Positions 21,095-31,123 of a stretch of DNA of 64,000 nt are shown here, piece by piece. The notes beneath the pieces are model-generated. The model searched no databases. It saw only the letters and a list, made by a program, of their open reading frames with translations, and was not told where the DNA came from. The stretch is from the IMG/VR virus record IMGVR_UViG_3300046804_002503, positions 32,001-96,000 of that record. One strand, given 5' to 3'. Position numbers and translations under genes: made by a program. This DNA comes from a virus. Numbering within the stretch: the first letter of the stretch is position 1; each line of letters starts with the position of its first letter.

Positions 21095-21127
21095 GTGTAT
21101 ATTAAGAATATTTATCTTGGTGTAGGG

Positions 21128-21805
21128 CTACTCTGCATTTTTTAATGCATTAATAAAAGAAATAATTTGTTCTTTTAAATAAAAGTCTAAATTCTTTTTT
21201 GGTAAGGTTTTAATAGACTTTTCAAATTTTTCATAAACAGGCAAAAATTCTCCTTTGTCGTCTAATACCCATTGTTTGGATTCTAAAATACCATTTACAA
21301 AAGCTGTAGGTACAGAGGGGTCTGCTACTACGTCTACTGCTACAATTCTAAAGTCTGCTACTTTATTAACTCCACTTTTGTCTGGTACTAATCTACCTAA
21401 AGATCTGCTAGACACTCCTAATTTGACTCCATCTAAAATTAAGGATCGAACTAATTGACCCATTGCATTGGATAATATTTTAGATTTGCCTTCAAAAATA
21501 TTTCCATTTTGTTTAATGTCTGTAATAAGATGACAAACTCTTTCCAAATTAATATCTGGAGTTTGTGGGTGATTTAATTCACCAGTTGCTCGGTTCTGGG
21601 TAATCATTTCTGTGCGATAACGATCTACCTCTTTTACCATTTCCTCTAATGGATAAATTCTTTTGTTTTTATTAGTTTCATTCGCCATTAAAAATGGTCC
21701 TTGAATGAACATATTAGAAGGAGTATTACGATTTTTTTCTTCTACCAAATATTTTACCTCGTATGTGGGCTCTTCTACTAGTAAACGATAGACATTATCA
21801 CTCAT
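21128..21805 (-). CDS. gp21: Prohead protease
   Basis: NKNKRIYP, GELNHP, LGVSSRSLG, DVVADPSVPTAFV. Confidence 0.93.
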   Translation of the reverse strand: MSDNVYRLLVEEPTYEVKYLVEEKNRNTPSNMFIQGPFLMANETNKNKRIYPLEEMVKEVDRYRTEMITQNRATGELNHPQTPDINLERVCHLITDIKQNGNIFEGKSKILSNAMGQLVRSLILDGVKLGVSSRSLGRLVPDKSGVNKVADFRIVAVDVVADPSVPTAFVNGILESKQWVLDDKGEFLPVYEKFEKSIKTLPKKNLDFYLKEQIISFINALKNAE

Positions 21806-21823
21806 ATTAACAATTATACAAAA

Positions 21824-21831
21824 TATTTATA
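21824..21831 (-). promoter_or_regulatory. T4-type late promoter TATAAATA upstream of gp21
   Basis: Exact T4 late consensus, 18 nt before the ATG. Confidence 0.65.
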
Positions 21832-21860
21832 CCAGAAGGGGGTTGTATCAAGTATTTATT

Positions 21861-22337
21861 TTAAAAGTTGAGCAATTGATTAATTTTTTTCTCAGTTAAA
21901 ATAAAGAAAGTATAACCGTTTCTCTCACACCACTTACGCGCTGCTTCCCATTTAGCCATGTTTATAGCATATTGAGTGTGTTCGTATAATAAAGTTTTTT
22001 TACTTTTGTTAGGAGTTATAGTGGGTGGTAATGTATATTTTTCTGGTTTAATTTCTATTAATAATTTTGTTATAGAACCATCCTTTCTTTGTAAGTGAGC
22101 CACTACATCTACAAAGTAACGATGCAATTTTCCAGTTAAGTCTAAAGGAGATCTGTAAGGTATAACAACAGACTCTGAGCCCCAACTTATTACATGAGAG
22201 TTTAAATCTAAGTGTCGAAACACCTTTAATTCTAGACTAGAACGATATAAAATAGGCCAAGAACCTTTGTATTTGTTTCTGAATTGAGGCGTATAATTGC
22301 CTTGATTAAAATTACCGTTTTTGTTTAATCTTTTCAT
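21861..22337 (-). CDS. gp4: Head completion nuclease (gp4, TnsA-like)
   Basis: YRSSLE, WGSESVVIPY, HRYFVD, IEIKP, KWEAA, ILTEK. Confidence 0.9.
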   Translation of the reverse strand: MKRLNKNGNFNQGNYTPQFRNKYKGSWPILYRSSLELKVFRHLDLNSHVISWGSESVVIPYRSPLDLTGKLHRYFVDVVAHLQRKDGSITKLLIEIKPEKYTLPPTITPNKSKKTLLYEHTQYAINMAKWEAARKWCERNGYTFFILTEKKINQLLNF

Positions 22338-22339
22338 GA

Positions 22340-23719
22340 TTATCCTATAAAAAATCTTATAGGATCTCTGTCTATTTGATCTTGAGTAATTTCTTTTTCT
22401 AAGGCATCTCTTTCATTGACGCCTTGATTCATTAAATCTTGATAAGAAACACTTTGACCACCAAACAGGTTTGAACCACCGTATTTTCCTCTTACGTGTG
22501 CTACCGCTATTTTAGTTAAAGCTAAACTATAACGATAAACCCAAAGCTGATTAATGAGATCTTTTAAAGGTTTTTGTAACCTACAACCTACTACACCATA
22601 ATAGGTGTTATAAACACTGGGTTCTGGTACTAATTTAAGTATTTGATCTTCTGGATAAAATCTTAAATATGGTGTGGTTGCTAAAACCTTTTCTCGAGTC
22701 TCTAACCAACCCTTTAAAAATTGCCAAGTAATTAAGTCATAACCCACATTACCCAACAAGTGACCGAAATAAGCTTGTTGAGCTATAGTATGTTCAATGG
22801 TAAACAGTGTATTAACTCCGGAATTATTGCCTTCAGCAAAGGAATAAACATCTATTACTCGACGATAGTTATTTAAATCCATATCCCATCCAGCAGAATG
22901 CGTTAAATTGTAGACTGGATTGACGTCTTGACCGTTAACCACTACCACTTTATGAGAATTGGGTGGTATTGGTGCTTCAAATTTAATTACTACGTGAGAC
23001 TCGGAAGCATTTAAAATGTTAGGATAACTTAATTCTCCATTTTCTTGGTTAAAAACCTGAACTACAACATCTTTGTTATTTAAATTATGAAATACAGTAA
23101 ATTCATTGCTGCTGCCGTTACCTATAACTGAAACGTGTCTTAAAGTAGAAGAACCAGTTAATACAATTACTCTTAAAGAATTTAAAGGTATAGGTTGGTT
23201 AAATCTTAATATAGTAGTATTGCGTGAATCATTTATAGTTGTAGTATAGACCTGTTCATTAGTAACATTGTCATATATTTGTACAATAACATTTTGAGTA
23301 TCTAAATTGTGTTGTACAACATATTCAGAATCTACATTGTTGCCTATATTAGTCACATATTCACTAACGTCTGTAGCATTGCGAGCCTTGTAAGAAGCTG
23401 GAAAGGCTTGAGAGTCTGGATTAGCCGAGCTTTGTAGGTCTGGAGTAATGTTAATTAATCTACCTATAGGCAGACCCACTTTGGGTATATAAAGATCTGA
23501 TTTAAAAATTAAAAATTCTTCTGTGGTACCACTGAATTTAGTAAAAAACTCTATAGCTAAATCTATGGCTTCGTATATTTGAGCAGAACTAATTTCTATT
23601 TGTATTAATGGTTCACCCAAGGCTCTCCGTATGCGTTGAGCCAATAGATCATAACTCTTAATCTTAGAATTAAAAGTAGTACTACCGTGATAAGAATTAG
23701 GTATTACAGGTAAAGCCAT
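22340..23719 (-). CDS. gp13: Neck protein gp13 with an internal duplicated domain
   Basis: RRALGEPLIQIEI N-terminus and RGKYG...GG C-terminus typical of gp13. Confidence 0.8.
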   Translation of the reverse strand: MALPVIPNSYHGSTTFNSKIKSYDLLAQRIRRALGEPLIQIEISSAQIYEAIDLAIEFFTKFSGTTEEFLIFKSDLYIPKVGLPIGRLINITPDLQSSANPDSQAFPASYKARNATDVSEYVTNIGNNVDSEYVVQHNLDTQNVIVQIYDNVTNEQVYTTTINDSRNTTILRFNQPIPLNSLRVIVLTGSSTLRHVSVIGNGSSNEFTVFHNLNNKDVVVQVFNQENGELSYPNILNASESHVVIKFEAPIPPNSHKVVVVNGQDVNPVYNLTHSAGWDMDLNNYRRVIDVYSFAEGNNSGVNTLFTIEHTIAQQAYFGHLLGNVGYDLITWQFLKGWLETREKVLATTPYLRFYPEDQILKLVPEPSVYNTYYGVVGCRLQKPLKDLINQLWVYRYSLALTKIAVAHVRGKYGGSNLFGGQSVSYQDLMNQGVNERDALEKEITQDQIDRDPIRFFIG

Positions 23720-23759
23720 ATATTAATACTTACAAATATGGCCGATATAATTTGTATAC

Positions 23760-25034
23760 CTATCCTAAATAAGCAGCAGAATTAGAAATTACGTTGGTAG
23801 ATACATCTATCCAAGTAGCAGAATTAGATTGTATTAAGCTACTTTCTTCAATATTAAGATAAATTGATGAATTTGCTGCCAAGTTAGTAGAAGCTTCTAC
23901 TAAAGTGGCTGAAACATTAGACCAGCTAGAAGTTAAATCAGCCAATATAGCAGAATCTTGAGTGTTAAGATAAGTTCCAGAGTTGGAAATTAAATTAGAA
24001 GCAGCCTCTATCCAGGTAGCTGAATTAGACCTTAATACACTAGATTCTGAAGAATTGAGATACGAAGAAGAAAGCAAAGTTAAATTTGTATAAGCTGCTG
24101 TCCATAAATTAGAATTTGCCAAAACTGTCGATACATTGTTTTGCCAATTTGAAGATAAAGATCTTAAAACTGTAGAATCCTCAGCATTAATATAAACAGA
24201 AGAATTGGATATTAAATTCTGATAAGAAGATTGCCAATTTCCTGTGAGAGCTAATAAATTAGAAACATTATCCTTTTCAAAGGGATTTAAATATGAAGAA
24301 GACAAAGAATTAATATTTAAATAAGATTCTTGCCAATTGCTAGACAAAGAAAGCAAATTGGTAACTGCACTTTTTTCAAAAGGATTTAAATAAGAAGAAG
24401 ACAAACTAGATAAATTGCTATAAGATTGTTGCCACGCAGCAGAAGCTGATTGTAAAATAGACAATTTAGCAGTTTCTAATGGATTTAAATATAAAGCAGA
24501 ATTAGTACGAATATTGGTGGAAGAGTCTATTAAATTTGCCAAATTAGATTCAAAATATATTTTAAAATTATTTAAAGACGCACACAAATAATTCATGAAA
24601 TTGGTAAGAATATGAACTGGTGGACCCTCTTCACTGATTATAATAGCATCTGGATCATCTTCTGATTGAATTATTACTGTCTTATTCATGCTGGGTATGT
24701 CATTTTCTATTCTCCACAATCCTTGCATATAAGTTTTACGCTTACCATCAGGAAAGGTTATTCTTAAATTGTAGGAATAATTACCTATAGGCAAATCTAC
24801 AACGCGTGGTGGAATTGTTATTACACCTAAAGTGGGCAATGCTATGTAAATAGCGCCTGAACCTGATGTAAGTTTTAAAAATTCTGGACTAGAGTTGTTA
24901 TTGTAACTTTTTACAACCATTTCAACAACTGCTCCAGTCAAGTCTACAGGTTGGTTGTTATACTTGAATGTAATATTATTAATTCCTTTCCAAGTATCTC
25001 CAGTAGTATGAGGAGGAATGTTATAAATTTTCAT
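23760..25034 (-). CDS. Fibre/whisker-like structural protein: BppU-like N-domain plus Ser/Asn-rich repeats
   Basis: GDTW..PVDLTGAVVEM..GNYSYNLRI; repeated S.YLN..E...L.S.S.NW units. Confidence 0.55.
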   Translation of the reverse strand: MKIYNIPPHTTGDTWKGINNITFKYNNQPVDLTGAVVEMVVKSYNNNSSPEFLKLTSGSGAIYIALPTLGVITIPPRVVDLPIGNYSYNLRITFPDGKRKTYMQGLWRIENDIPSMNKTVIIQSEDDPDAIIISEEGPPVHILTNFMNYLCASLNNFKIYFESNLANLIDSSTNIRTNSALYLNPLETAKLSILQSASAAWQQSYSNLSSLSSSYLNPFEKSAVTNLLSLSSNWQESYLNINSLSSSYLNPFEKDNVSNLLALTGNWQSSYQNLISNSSVYINAEDSTVLRSLSSNWQNNVSTVLANSNLWTAAYTNLTLLSSSYLNSSESSVLRSNSATWIEAASNLISNSGTYLNTQDSAILADLTSSWSNVSATLVEASTNLAANSSIYLNIEESSLIQSNSATWIDVSTNVISNSAAYLG

Positions 25035-25043
25035 ATAAAAATA

Positions 25044-26933
25044 TTACCCTTCTGGAGGTGTTGGAGGAGCAGCTGCTGGTTCTGCTGCTGAGGGGGTAGT
25101 TGCTCCTCCTCCAGGTGCTGGTGGTGGTAAAGTTTCTCCGCCAGGTGCGGCTCCACCTCCGCCACCGCCTCCAAATTCTGGAATAGCTGATGGACTTGTG
25201 CCACCACCACCTCCAAATCCAGGACCTTCACCACCACCAGCAGATGCCGCATCAGCAGCCTCTTGAGCGGCTTCTAATTGTTCTCTCCAATTTGGACCTC
25301 CATTGGCTATTTGAGCTAATTCCCATTTAAATGCAGCCTCTTTGCGCATCCATTCCATATTTTCACTAATTCTTTGATCATTGTATCCAAGATAATGGCG
25401 CTGAGCAAAAATATTTGATATACTTTCATTATTACACATGTCACCGAAATTCTTGTGTTTGAGTTCAAGTATTTGTTGTTGACGAATTGCAAAATAATTA
25501 GAGGGTGGATTAAATTCTAATTGTACAAATGATTCATGTAATTTGTATTCTTCCCACCAACCTCTCAATTTTAAATGAGTTATAAAGGATTGTTTAAGGC
25601 CCTCAGCAAATTGATTCTGCAATCTCATTATAAACTTTGCAAATTTTAATTCTTCTCTTAAAATCTCTGCACCATCTTTGAAAGATTCATTAGGATTTAA
25701 TCTAGAGATTGGTACTTTTAAACTCTTGTAAAGTTTAGCTACAAAATAATTTAAGTCGTCTAATTTACCTAAGTTTTCACCGCCCTGTAGCACAGAAACG
25801 TCAGATCCTACTTCTCCATTTCTGCGTGAAAACCAATAACTATCCAACATGGACTGAGGGTTATAAACGTTTCCTACAGGAGAATTACTAGAATCACCTG
25901 TATAAACTTGTTTAGCATTATATTGATGCATCAACTGGCGTAGATAAGATTCAGCCTTAGCTGGCGGCATGTTACCTACGTCAATAACAAATTTTAAACG
26001 TTCGGGAGCTCTGACTAGGCGATATATAATAATTGCATCTTCACATAAAGAAAGCAATTTATAAGCTCTGCGACAATTTTCTAAGAAAGGTATTCTTATA
26101 GAATAATCTTCATTCCATAAACCTGAATTAACATAGGTGACCTGATTACCTTGAAAGGTAATAATTTGCTGTTGCAGGGCATTGACTGGACTAATGTTTG
26201 ATTGTTGCTGAGACAATGGATTAGCCTTATTGTCATTTAAATTAATAGGTTTTTGAAAGGTAAAGTTTTCAATAACACTATTTTGTACGTTATCATAAAC
26301 CGGACTTATAAGCTCAGACGGTATATTTAAACAACCTATAACTCCAAAATCTGGGCGATCTTTGTATGTAATGTTTTCAAAAAACACTTCACCTTCAATT
26401 AACAATTGACGGCAATAAGCCCATCCTTTGTGTTCTAAATCAAAAATATTAATGAATTTTTCAAATTCCTTTTGCAGTTCTGTTTTTTCTTCTGGACCAA
26501 GTTCTGCAAAAGAAGAATATTTTAAATGTATAACTTTATTGTTTTCGTCTTTTACAATGAATTCATCACAAATTTCATCAATACAATCAGAAACCTCTGC
26601 AAAAGAAGCCATTCTCCTATATTCTGCCAATCTTCTTGTTTTATCTGTATCTAGGTTGGCATATACATAATTGTGATATGGACTGTGAGAGGTTATGGAC
26701 CCTTTGCTGTTTGCATCCATATCGGCCTTTGTCATAGAAGGGCCTGTAATGATGGATTGTTTTAAAAGTTTTAATTGAGTCTTCTTTGCCAGCCTGTCAA
26801 ATAATTCATATTTTGGATTATTTGTGTCCATTTCAATCGGAGCTGTCACATAAGGCAGTCTCTGCAGAATGCTAGACACAAAGTTACGATTAGTACTTTG
26901 TTGACGATTTGAACTTGCTAAAATATCTGCCAT
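25044..26933 (-). CDS. gp20: Portal protein
   Basis: EDAIIIYRLVRAPERLKFVIDVGNMP, LYKSLKVPISRL, REELKF. Confidence 0.95.
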   Translation of the reverse strand: MADILASSNRQQSTNRNFVSSILQRLPYVTAPIEMDTNNPKYELFDRLAKKTQLKLLKQSIITGPSMTKADMDANSKGSITSHSPYHNYVYANLDTDKTRRLAEYRRMASFAEVSDCIDEICDEFIVKDENNKVIHLKYSSFAELGPEEKTELQKEFEKFINIFDLEHKGWAYCRQLLIEGEVFFENITYKDRPDFGVIGCLNIPSELISPVYDNVQNSVIENFTFQKPINLNDNKANPLSQQQSNISPVNALQQQIITFQGNQVTYVNSGLWNEDYSIRIPFLENCRRAYKLLSLCEDAIIIYRLVRAPERLKFVIDVGNMPPAKAESYLRQLMHQYNAKQVYTGDSSNSPVGNVYNPQSMLDSYWFSRRNGEVGSDVSVLQGGENLGKLDDLNYFVAKLYKSLKVPISRLNPNESFKDGAEILREELKFAKFIMRLQNQFAEGLKQSFITHLKLRGWWEEYKLHESFVQLEFNPPSNYFAIRQQQILELKHKNFGDMCNNESISNIFAQRHYLGYNDQRISENMEWMRKEAAFKWELAQIANGGPNWREQLEAAQEAADAASAGGGEGPGFGGGGGTSPSAIPEFGGGGGGGAAPGGETLPPPAPGGGATTPSAAEPAAAPPTPPEG

Positions 26934-26947
26934 AAATTGTTTAAATT

Positions 26948-28099
26948 TTAATAAAGGTTAAATTTTATTCCACTGATTCCTGATAGGATAGTACTTACTC
27001 CAGATTTCACAAAATGACCTTCTGTAATTTTACCGTAACCAGCCTCATTCTGAACTATAACATCTAGATAACCAGTTTCAGTAGGTACTTGGGGTAATGA
27101 AAAATCTATAAGTGATTCACCATTATAATTAAATGAATCTATTTTTATGCCATAAAAAGGCGGATAAACCGCAGACAACTTAGCAACTGCTGAAAATGGA
27201 GCAACTAAATGAACCCCAGACAACATTGTAGGGCTAGACGCACTTAAATAAACATTTTCTGGTTTAATAAAATATTTTCCTAGTAAATTAATATCTAGAC
27301 CCTGTTCAATTGGGTTGGTAGATATAAAATTAAAATATCTCGGAAAGGCATTAAGAACATACGGCCGACCAGAAACCGTAACTGTTTCTGAATTTAATTT
27401 TTCTAAGATTGTAGGTTTAAATGAACCTTGTCTGGTACTAAAAAATTCTTCATTAATAACATATATTTTTTTAATAATTTCATCTGTACTTTTAAAGAGC
27501 CAACCTTTAATTGTAAATTGAGTATCTGCAGATACTCTATAAGCTGCATTACCGGCTAATTCTGATGGATATGTTATATTTGCTGTACCGTTCCATAAAA
27601 TTTCTGTTCTTAATTCTTGATAATTGTTAGTGGGGTCTTTAACTGGAAATTTCCAAGAAATAATAATATAAGGATTACAATATGGAATAAAATTAGATAA
27701 AATTTGGTCTAAATGTTCTTGATACCTAGCCATGATAGATAGGTTAACTGTAATATTAATGGGTTGAGGTTGTGGAATTTTTTTGGAAACTACACTTGGG
27801 TCTAACGGGTCTGAGTAAGGAATGTAAAATCCATCATTTTTATTAACAACTCTGTTGTTGTCTCTAGTTAAACCCCCTAAAGTAACTGCAACTACTGGCA
27901 AAGTAATACCACCTGGACCAGGTGTTGTGAGTTGTTGAACTACTCTTTGTTTAGGTGCGTATACAAACCTAACATTGGCCTCTGAATCTGGTATTAAATT
28001 TAAATCTTTGTCATAACCCTTGACCACAATATCATTGAGAGCCTCAATAAATTGCTCTATTAAAGTCATTACCTCAAAATGATATGTGTATTTTTTCAT
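26948..28099 (-). CDS. gp15: Tail terminator / sheath stabiliser with C-terminal extension
   Basis: FVYAPKQR, PQPINITVNLSI, QILSNFIPY, FTIKGWLF. Confidence 0.75.
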   Translation of the reverse strand: MKKYTYHFEVMTLIEQFIEALNDIVVKGYDKDLNLIPDSEANVRFVYAPKQRVVQQLTTPGPGGITLPVVAVTLGGLTRDNNRVVNKNDGFYIPYSDPLDPSVVSKKIPQPQPINITVNLSIMARYQEHLDQILSNFIPYCNPYIIISWKFPVKDPTNNYQELRTEILWNGTANITYPSELAGNAAYRVSADTQFTIKGWLFKSTDEIIKKIYVINEEFFSTRQGSFKPTILEKLNSETVTVSGRPYVLNAFPRYFNFISTNPIEQGLDINLLGKYFIKPENVYLSASSPTMLSGVHLVAPFSAVAKLSAVYPPFYGIKIDSFNYNGESLIDFSLPQVPTETGYLDVIVQNEAGYGKITEGHFVKSGVSTILSGISGIKFNLY

Positions 28100-28105
28100 A
28101 TAGAT

Positions 28106-28113
28106 TATTTATA
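28106..28113 (-). promoter_or_regulatory. Late promoter TATAAATA 6 nt before the gp15 ATG
   Basis: Exact consensus. Confidence 0.65.
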
Positions 28114-28114
28114 G

Positions 28115-29776
28115 CTACATAAATCTATCTAAAAAATATTTAGGTAGGTTGTTTTTATTGTTAACAATTGCTTTGACTATAGTGCCATCCAAAATATAAG
28201 TGACTGAATAGTCTTTTTTAGATCGTGTGCATCTACCACACATTTGTATCAAAGTATCTAGCATCTTCATGCTGTAATAATTTGGATTTTTGTCAAAGAT
28301 TTTTTTAATTCTTTTAGAACCCAATGGCAAAAATGGTGCTTTGACTATAATTTGAAATCTACCTAAATCATCATCTAAGCTAACTCCTGTATCTAACGAA
28401 GGACTAACTAAAACTGTGTCATCTTTGGTACGGGATTTGTGTTCTAATACAATGTCTTCATTAGAAATACCTACTTCTCTAAACAAAAATCTACTATTTC
28501 TACCTAAAACCTTTTTAATATTTTCTGTAATTGAGTTAGTATGAGTGTGAATTAATCCTTTTTCACCTTTATGTTTATCACATATCTCTTTTATAATATT
28601 AATAATCTTAGGAAGACTTGATTCTAGGTTTTTATGAGACAGACTATACATTGTTGAACAATATATAGGCGACTTTTGAGGGTCAAATGTTGATTTAACA
28701 TCTATAAACGTATATTCTTTATCTTTAATACCTAAACTTTTAGCATATTGTTCTGGGTTACTAATTGTAGCTGACATCAGCAATATTCTTTTACTCCTTT
28801 CAAAGAGTTGCTTTGCTAAAGGTTTAATGTCATATGGTACTAAGGTTACTTCTTTGGCTGTGCGGTTCTCTACTAGATACTGACAATCTCTCCAGTTTAA
28901 TACTACATCCATCATTGAGTTGTACAAGTTGTTCAACTTTCCGAGTCTCTGCATTTGCTTAAAAAGAATGCCGTTTGATTTGTAATTTTTACCTACCATT
29001 AAAGACACTTTATGTTTAAGCTCTGCTACTCTTTCTTTAATGTGTAAAAATAATTCACTTAACCAAAGACCTGCTTCTATTGACGAATCTGAAGTTAATT
29101 TGGTGAATGGTATTTCTTCTGATGCAAGCTGAGAATAGTTAATAACTATGCTGTATTGTCCTACAAGCTCACTTTCCAATTTGTCAGCTTCATCAAAAAT
29201 GAGATATTGTCTTTTCTGAAGAAAATTAGGAAGATTAAAAAATGCTTTATAATTTAAGACTGGATCTTTGGATGTTAATGCATCTTTGCGAGATTTAAAA
29301 TACGGACATCTATTAGCATCAAAGCATTCTTGTTTTAAACCAGGTGTAAATAAACAAGGTGCAAAATCTACTGTAACGTTTTTATCTATGTCACAATTGT
29401 AATTGTTTTTGCCTTTAGCTGCTATTTGTTCTGGAAACAATTCTATATATTGATTTTGCAAAGACCTTGTAACTGTAAGGATAGCTGCACCGAAGGGAGA
29501 TGCTGCTTCAAATTTTGAAGAATGCATCCAATTTCCAGAATTGTCTTTTTTAAATGCCTCGTACGTATTTAACAAAGTTGAAAGCTCTGAATTAATACTG
29601 TCTGAAGACCTAGCAATAGAAGTTGCTATGTGAGACTTGCCAGATCCTGTAGGTAATCTAAGGATTACATATTTTTTTCCTAAATTAAAGTAATGTTCTG
29701 CTTTTTGTAAAGCCTCAATTTGTTGAGGCCAGGGGTTGTTGCCCGGGAAGTTGCTTAGGAATGTGTTTGTCTTCAA
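28115..29776 (-). CDS. DinG/Rad3-family SF2 helicase
   Basis: PTGSGKS, DEAD, MSAT, QMCGRCTRS; four Cys in the Fe-S region. Confidence 0.85.
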   Translation of the reverse strand: MKTNTFLSNFPGNNPWPQQIEALQKAEHYFNLGKKYVILRLPTGSGKSHIATSIARSSDSINSELSTLLNTYEAFKKDNSGNWMHSSKFEAASPFGAAILTVTRSLQNQYIELFPEQIAAKGKNNYNCDIDKNVTVDFAPCLFTPGLKQECFDANRCPYFKSRKDALTSKDPVLNYKAFFNLPNFLQKRQYLIFDEADKLESELVGQYSIVINYSQLASEEIPFTKLTSDSSIEAGLWLSELFLHIKERVAELKHKVSLMVGKNYKSNGILFKQMQRLGKLNNLYNSMMDVVLNWRDCQYLVENRTAKEVTLVPYDIKPLAKQLFERSKRILLMSATISNPEQYAKSLGIKDKEYTFIDVKSTFDPQKSPIYCSTMYSLSHKNLESSLPKIINIIKEICDKHKGEKGLIHTHTNSITENIKKVLGRNSRFLFREVGISNEDIVLEHKSRTKDDTVLVSPSLDTGVSLDDDLGRFQIIVKAPFLPLGSKRIKKIFDKNPNYYSMKMLDTLIQMCGRCTRSKKDYSVTYILDGTIVKAIVNNKNNLPKYFLDRFM

Positions 29777-30005
29777 TTTCTTTGAGAAGTTCTAGGTTAA
29801 GTTCTTTTTGTACACAGGTACAGGTAAGGTAGAATAGAGTATTAGTATCTCTGCCTGTAAAGCCTCTTGCACTACATTTCTTGCAATTATTTTTGGGTTG
29901 TTTTTTAAGGGGTAATTGTCCAAGCCCCATTAATTTAACATCAGATTCTGGTAAATGGTAAAATATACCCGAAAACGCACTAAAAAATAAAATAGTTTTA
30001 CTCAT
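29715..30005 (-). CDS. Hypothetical protein with putative Zn-binding motif
   Basis: CKKC..RG...CTC. Confidence 0.55.
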   Translation of the reverse strand: MSKTILFFSAFSGIFYHLPESDVKLMGLGQLPLKKQPKNNCKKCSARGFTGRDTNTLFYLTCTCVQKELNLELLKEIEDKHIPKQLPGQQPLASTN

Positions 30006-30354
30006 GGCAATTAATAGTTAATATACTATCCCAAAATTTGTTATTAGCTACCTTGGTTGCGTAAACTTTTAAATAATGTTCTATTTCCGGTGCCAATTTT
30101 GCTAAGGTTTTAATCCTATAATCAAAATAAACTAATCCTTCATCTGGATAAAATTCAATATCATAAGGAATAGGTATTTCTATTTTATCTTTGTCTCTTT
30201 TAGATGAATTAATAATAAATGAAATATAAAAATTCTTTTGATAAAAAAGAATAAGTCTACCTTGTTTATAGGTTTTGTTGTTAAATTCCAACGTTACATT
30301 TTTTTGAAGCAAAAATTTACATGCTTCTTCTAAGGTAGATCCATTAATATTCAT
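29998..30354 (-). CDS. Hypothetical protein
   Basis: 118-aa ORF overlapping both neighbours in operon fashion. Confidence 0.6.
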   Translation of the reverse strand: MNINGSTLEEACKFLLQKNVTLEFNNKTYKQGRLILFYQKNFYISFIINSSKRDKDKIEIPIPYDIEFYPDEGLVYFDYRIKTLAKLAPEIEHYLKVYATKVANNKFWDSILTINCHE

Positions 30355-30731
30355 TTATCCATAAATTGAGCTTTTTCTTGTGCTGACATTTTAATTAAAA
30401 TTTCAGAAAAATATTTCCAAAATTCTTCTGGTGTACTGGCTAAAACCTGAACCACACTAGCATTGCCCGCTGGTACGGCCCTCCAGTCTTGCATGAAAAT
30501 ATCATACACAGCTAAAAGATTATAAGATTCAAAATTGTAAGCAGGTGAGTTAGTGGGTAATCTAAAATTTAAAAATTTTAATCCCATTGGAGAATTTAAA
30601 ATTTCTAAATTTAAAGAACACAGCATACGTCTAGTAGTAGGTCTGTTTGCTCGTTGCATACGTCGAGTAAATCTTAACTCTACTACATTTTTAGACAATA
30701 GTTGTTTTAACCCATTAACTGATAAGCTCAC
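30351..30731 (-). CDS. DUF2693/WYL_2-like SH3-fold phage protein
   Basis: VVELRFT...RRMLCSL...VYD....WR pattern. Confidence 0.6.
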   Translation of the reverse strand: MSLSVNGLKQLLSKNVVELRFTRRMQRANRPTTRRMLCSLNLEILNSPMGLKFLNFRLPTNSPAYNFESYNLLAVYDIFMQDWRAVPAGNASVVQVLASTPEEFWKYFSEILIKMSAQEKAQFMDK

Positions 30732-31117
30732 TTGGTTGTTTTAGGAGAACAAACTCCAAAAATTCTATCTTCATTTAAGAAGACAATGTTTTTAAGACCA
30801 TTTAAATTAGATACTTGTAATCCTCTATCATTGGGAAATACAATAAAATCTCCTTGTTTTACAGTCTTACAGTCAGGTCCACTTAAAACTACTCTACCAA
30901 TTCTCCAAGTATGTTGTACAGCTCCCAATGGCACCCAAATACTACCTCTTTTTACTTCTGTACCTTCTTCGTTAATATCTACGTACTGGACCATTAAGAT
31001 ATTGTCTAGGACTTTTTCTAATTGCCAATCTTCTAATTCAAAGGCATTTCCTTGATAATGTTCTACTTGGATTTTTCCACCAATTCTGTCTTCTAAATTT
31101 GTAGGCCTATCTATCAT
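30728..31117 (-). CDS. GroES-like co-chaperonin
   Basis: DNILMVQ, GSIWVP, GRVVLSGPDCKTVKQGDFIVF, LNEDRIFG. Confidence 0.8.
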   Translation of the reverse strand: MIDRPTNLEDRIGGKIQVEHYQGNAFELEDWQLEKVLDNILMVQYVDINEEGTEVKRGSIWVPLGAVQHTWRIGRVVLSGPDCKTVKQGDFIVFPNDRGLQVSNLNGLKNIVFLNEDRIFGVCSPKTTK

Positions 31118-31123
31118 ACTATG

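Noticed and set aside
21861-22337. TnsA-like nuclease as a transposon gene
   Set aside because: Motifs and head-module position fit T4 gp4; no other transposition genes or ends
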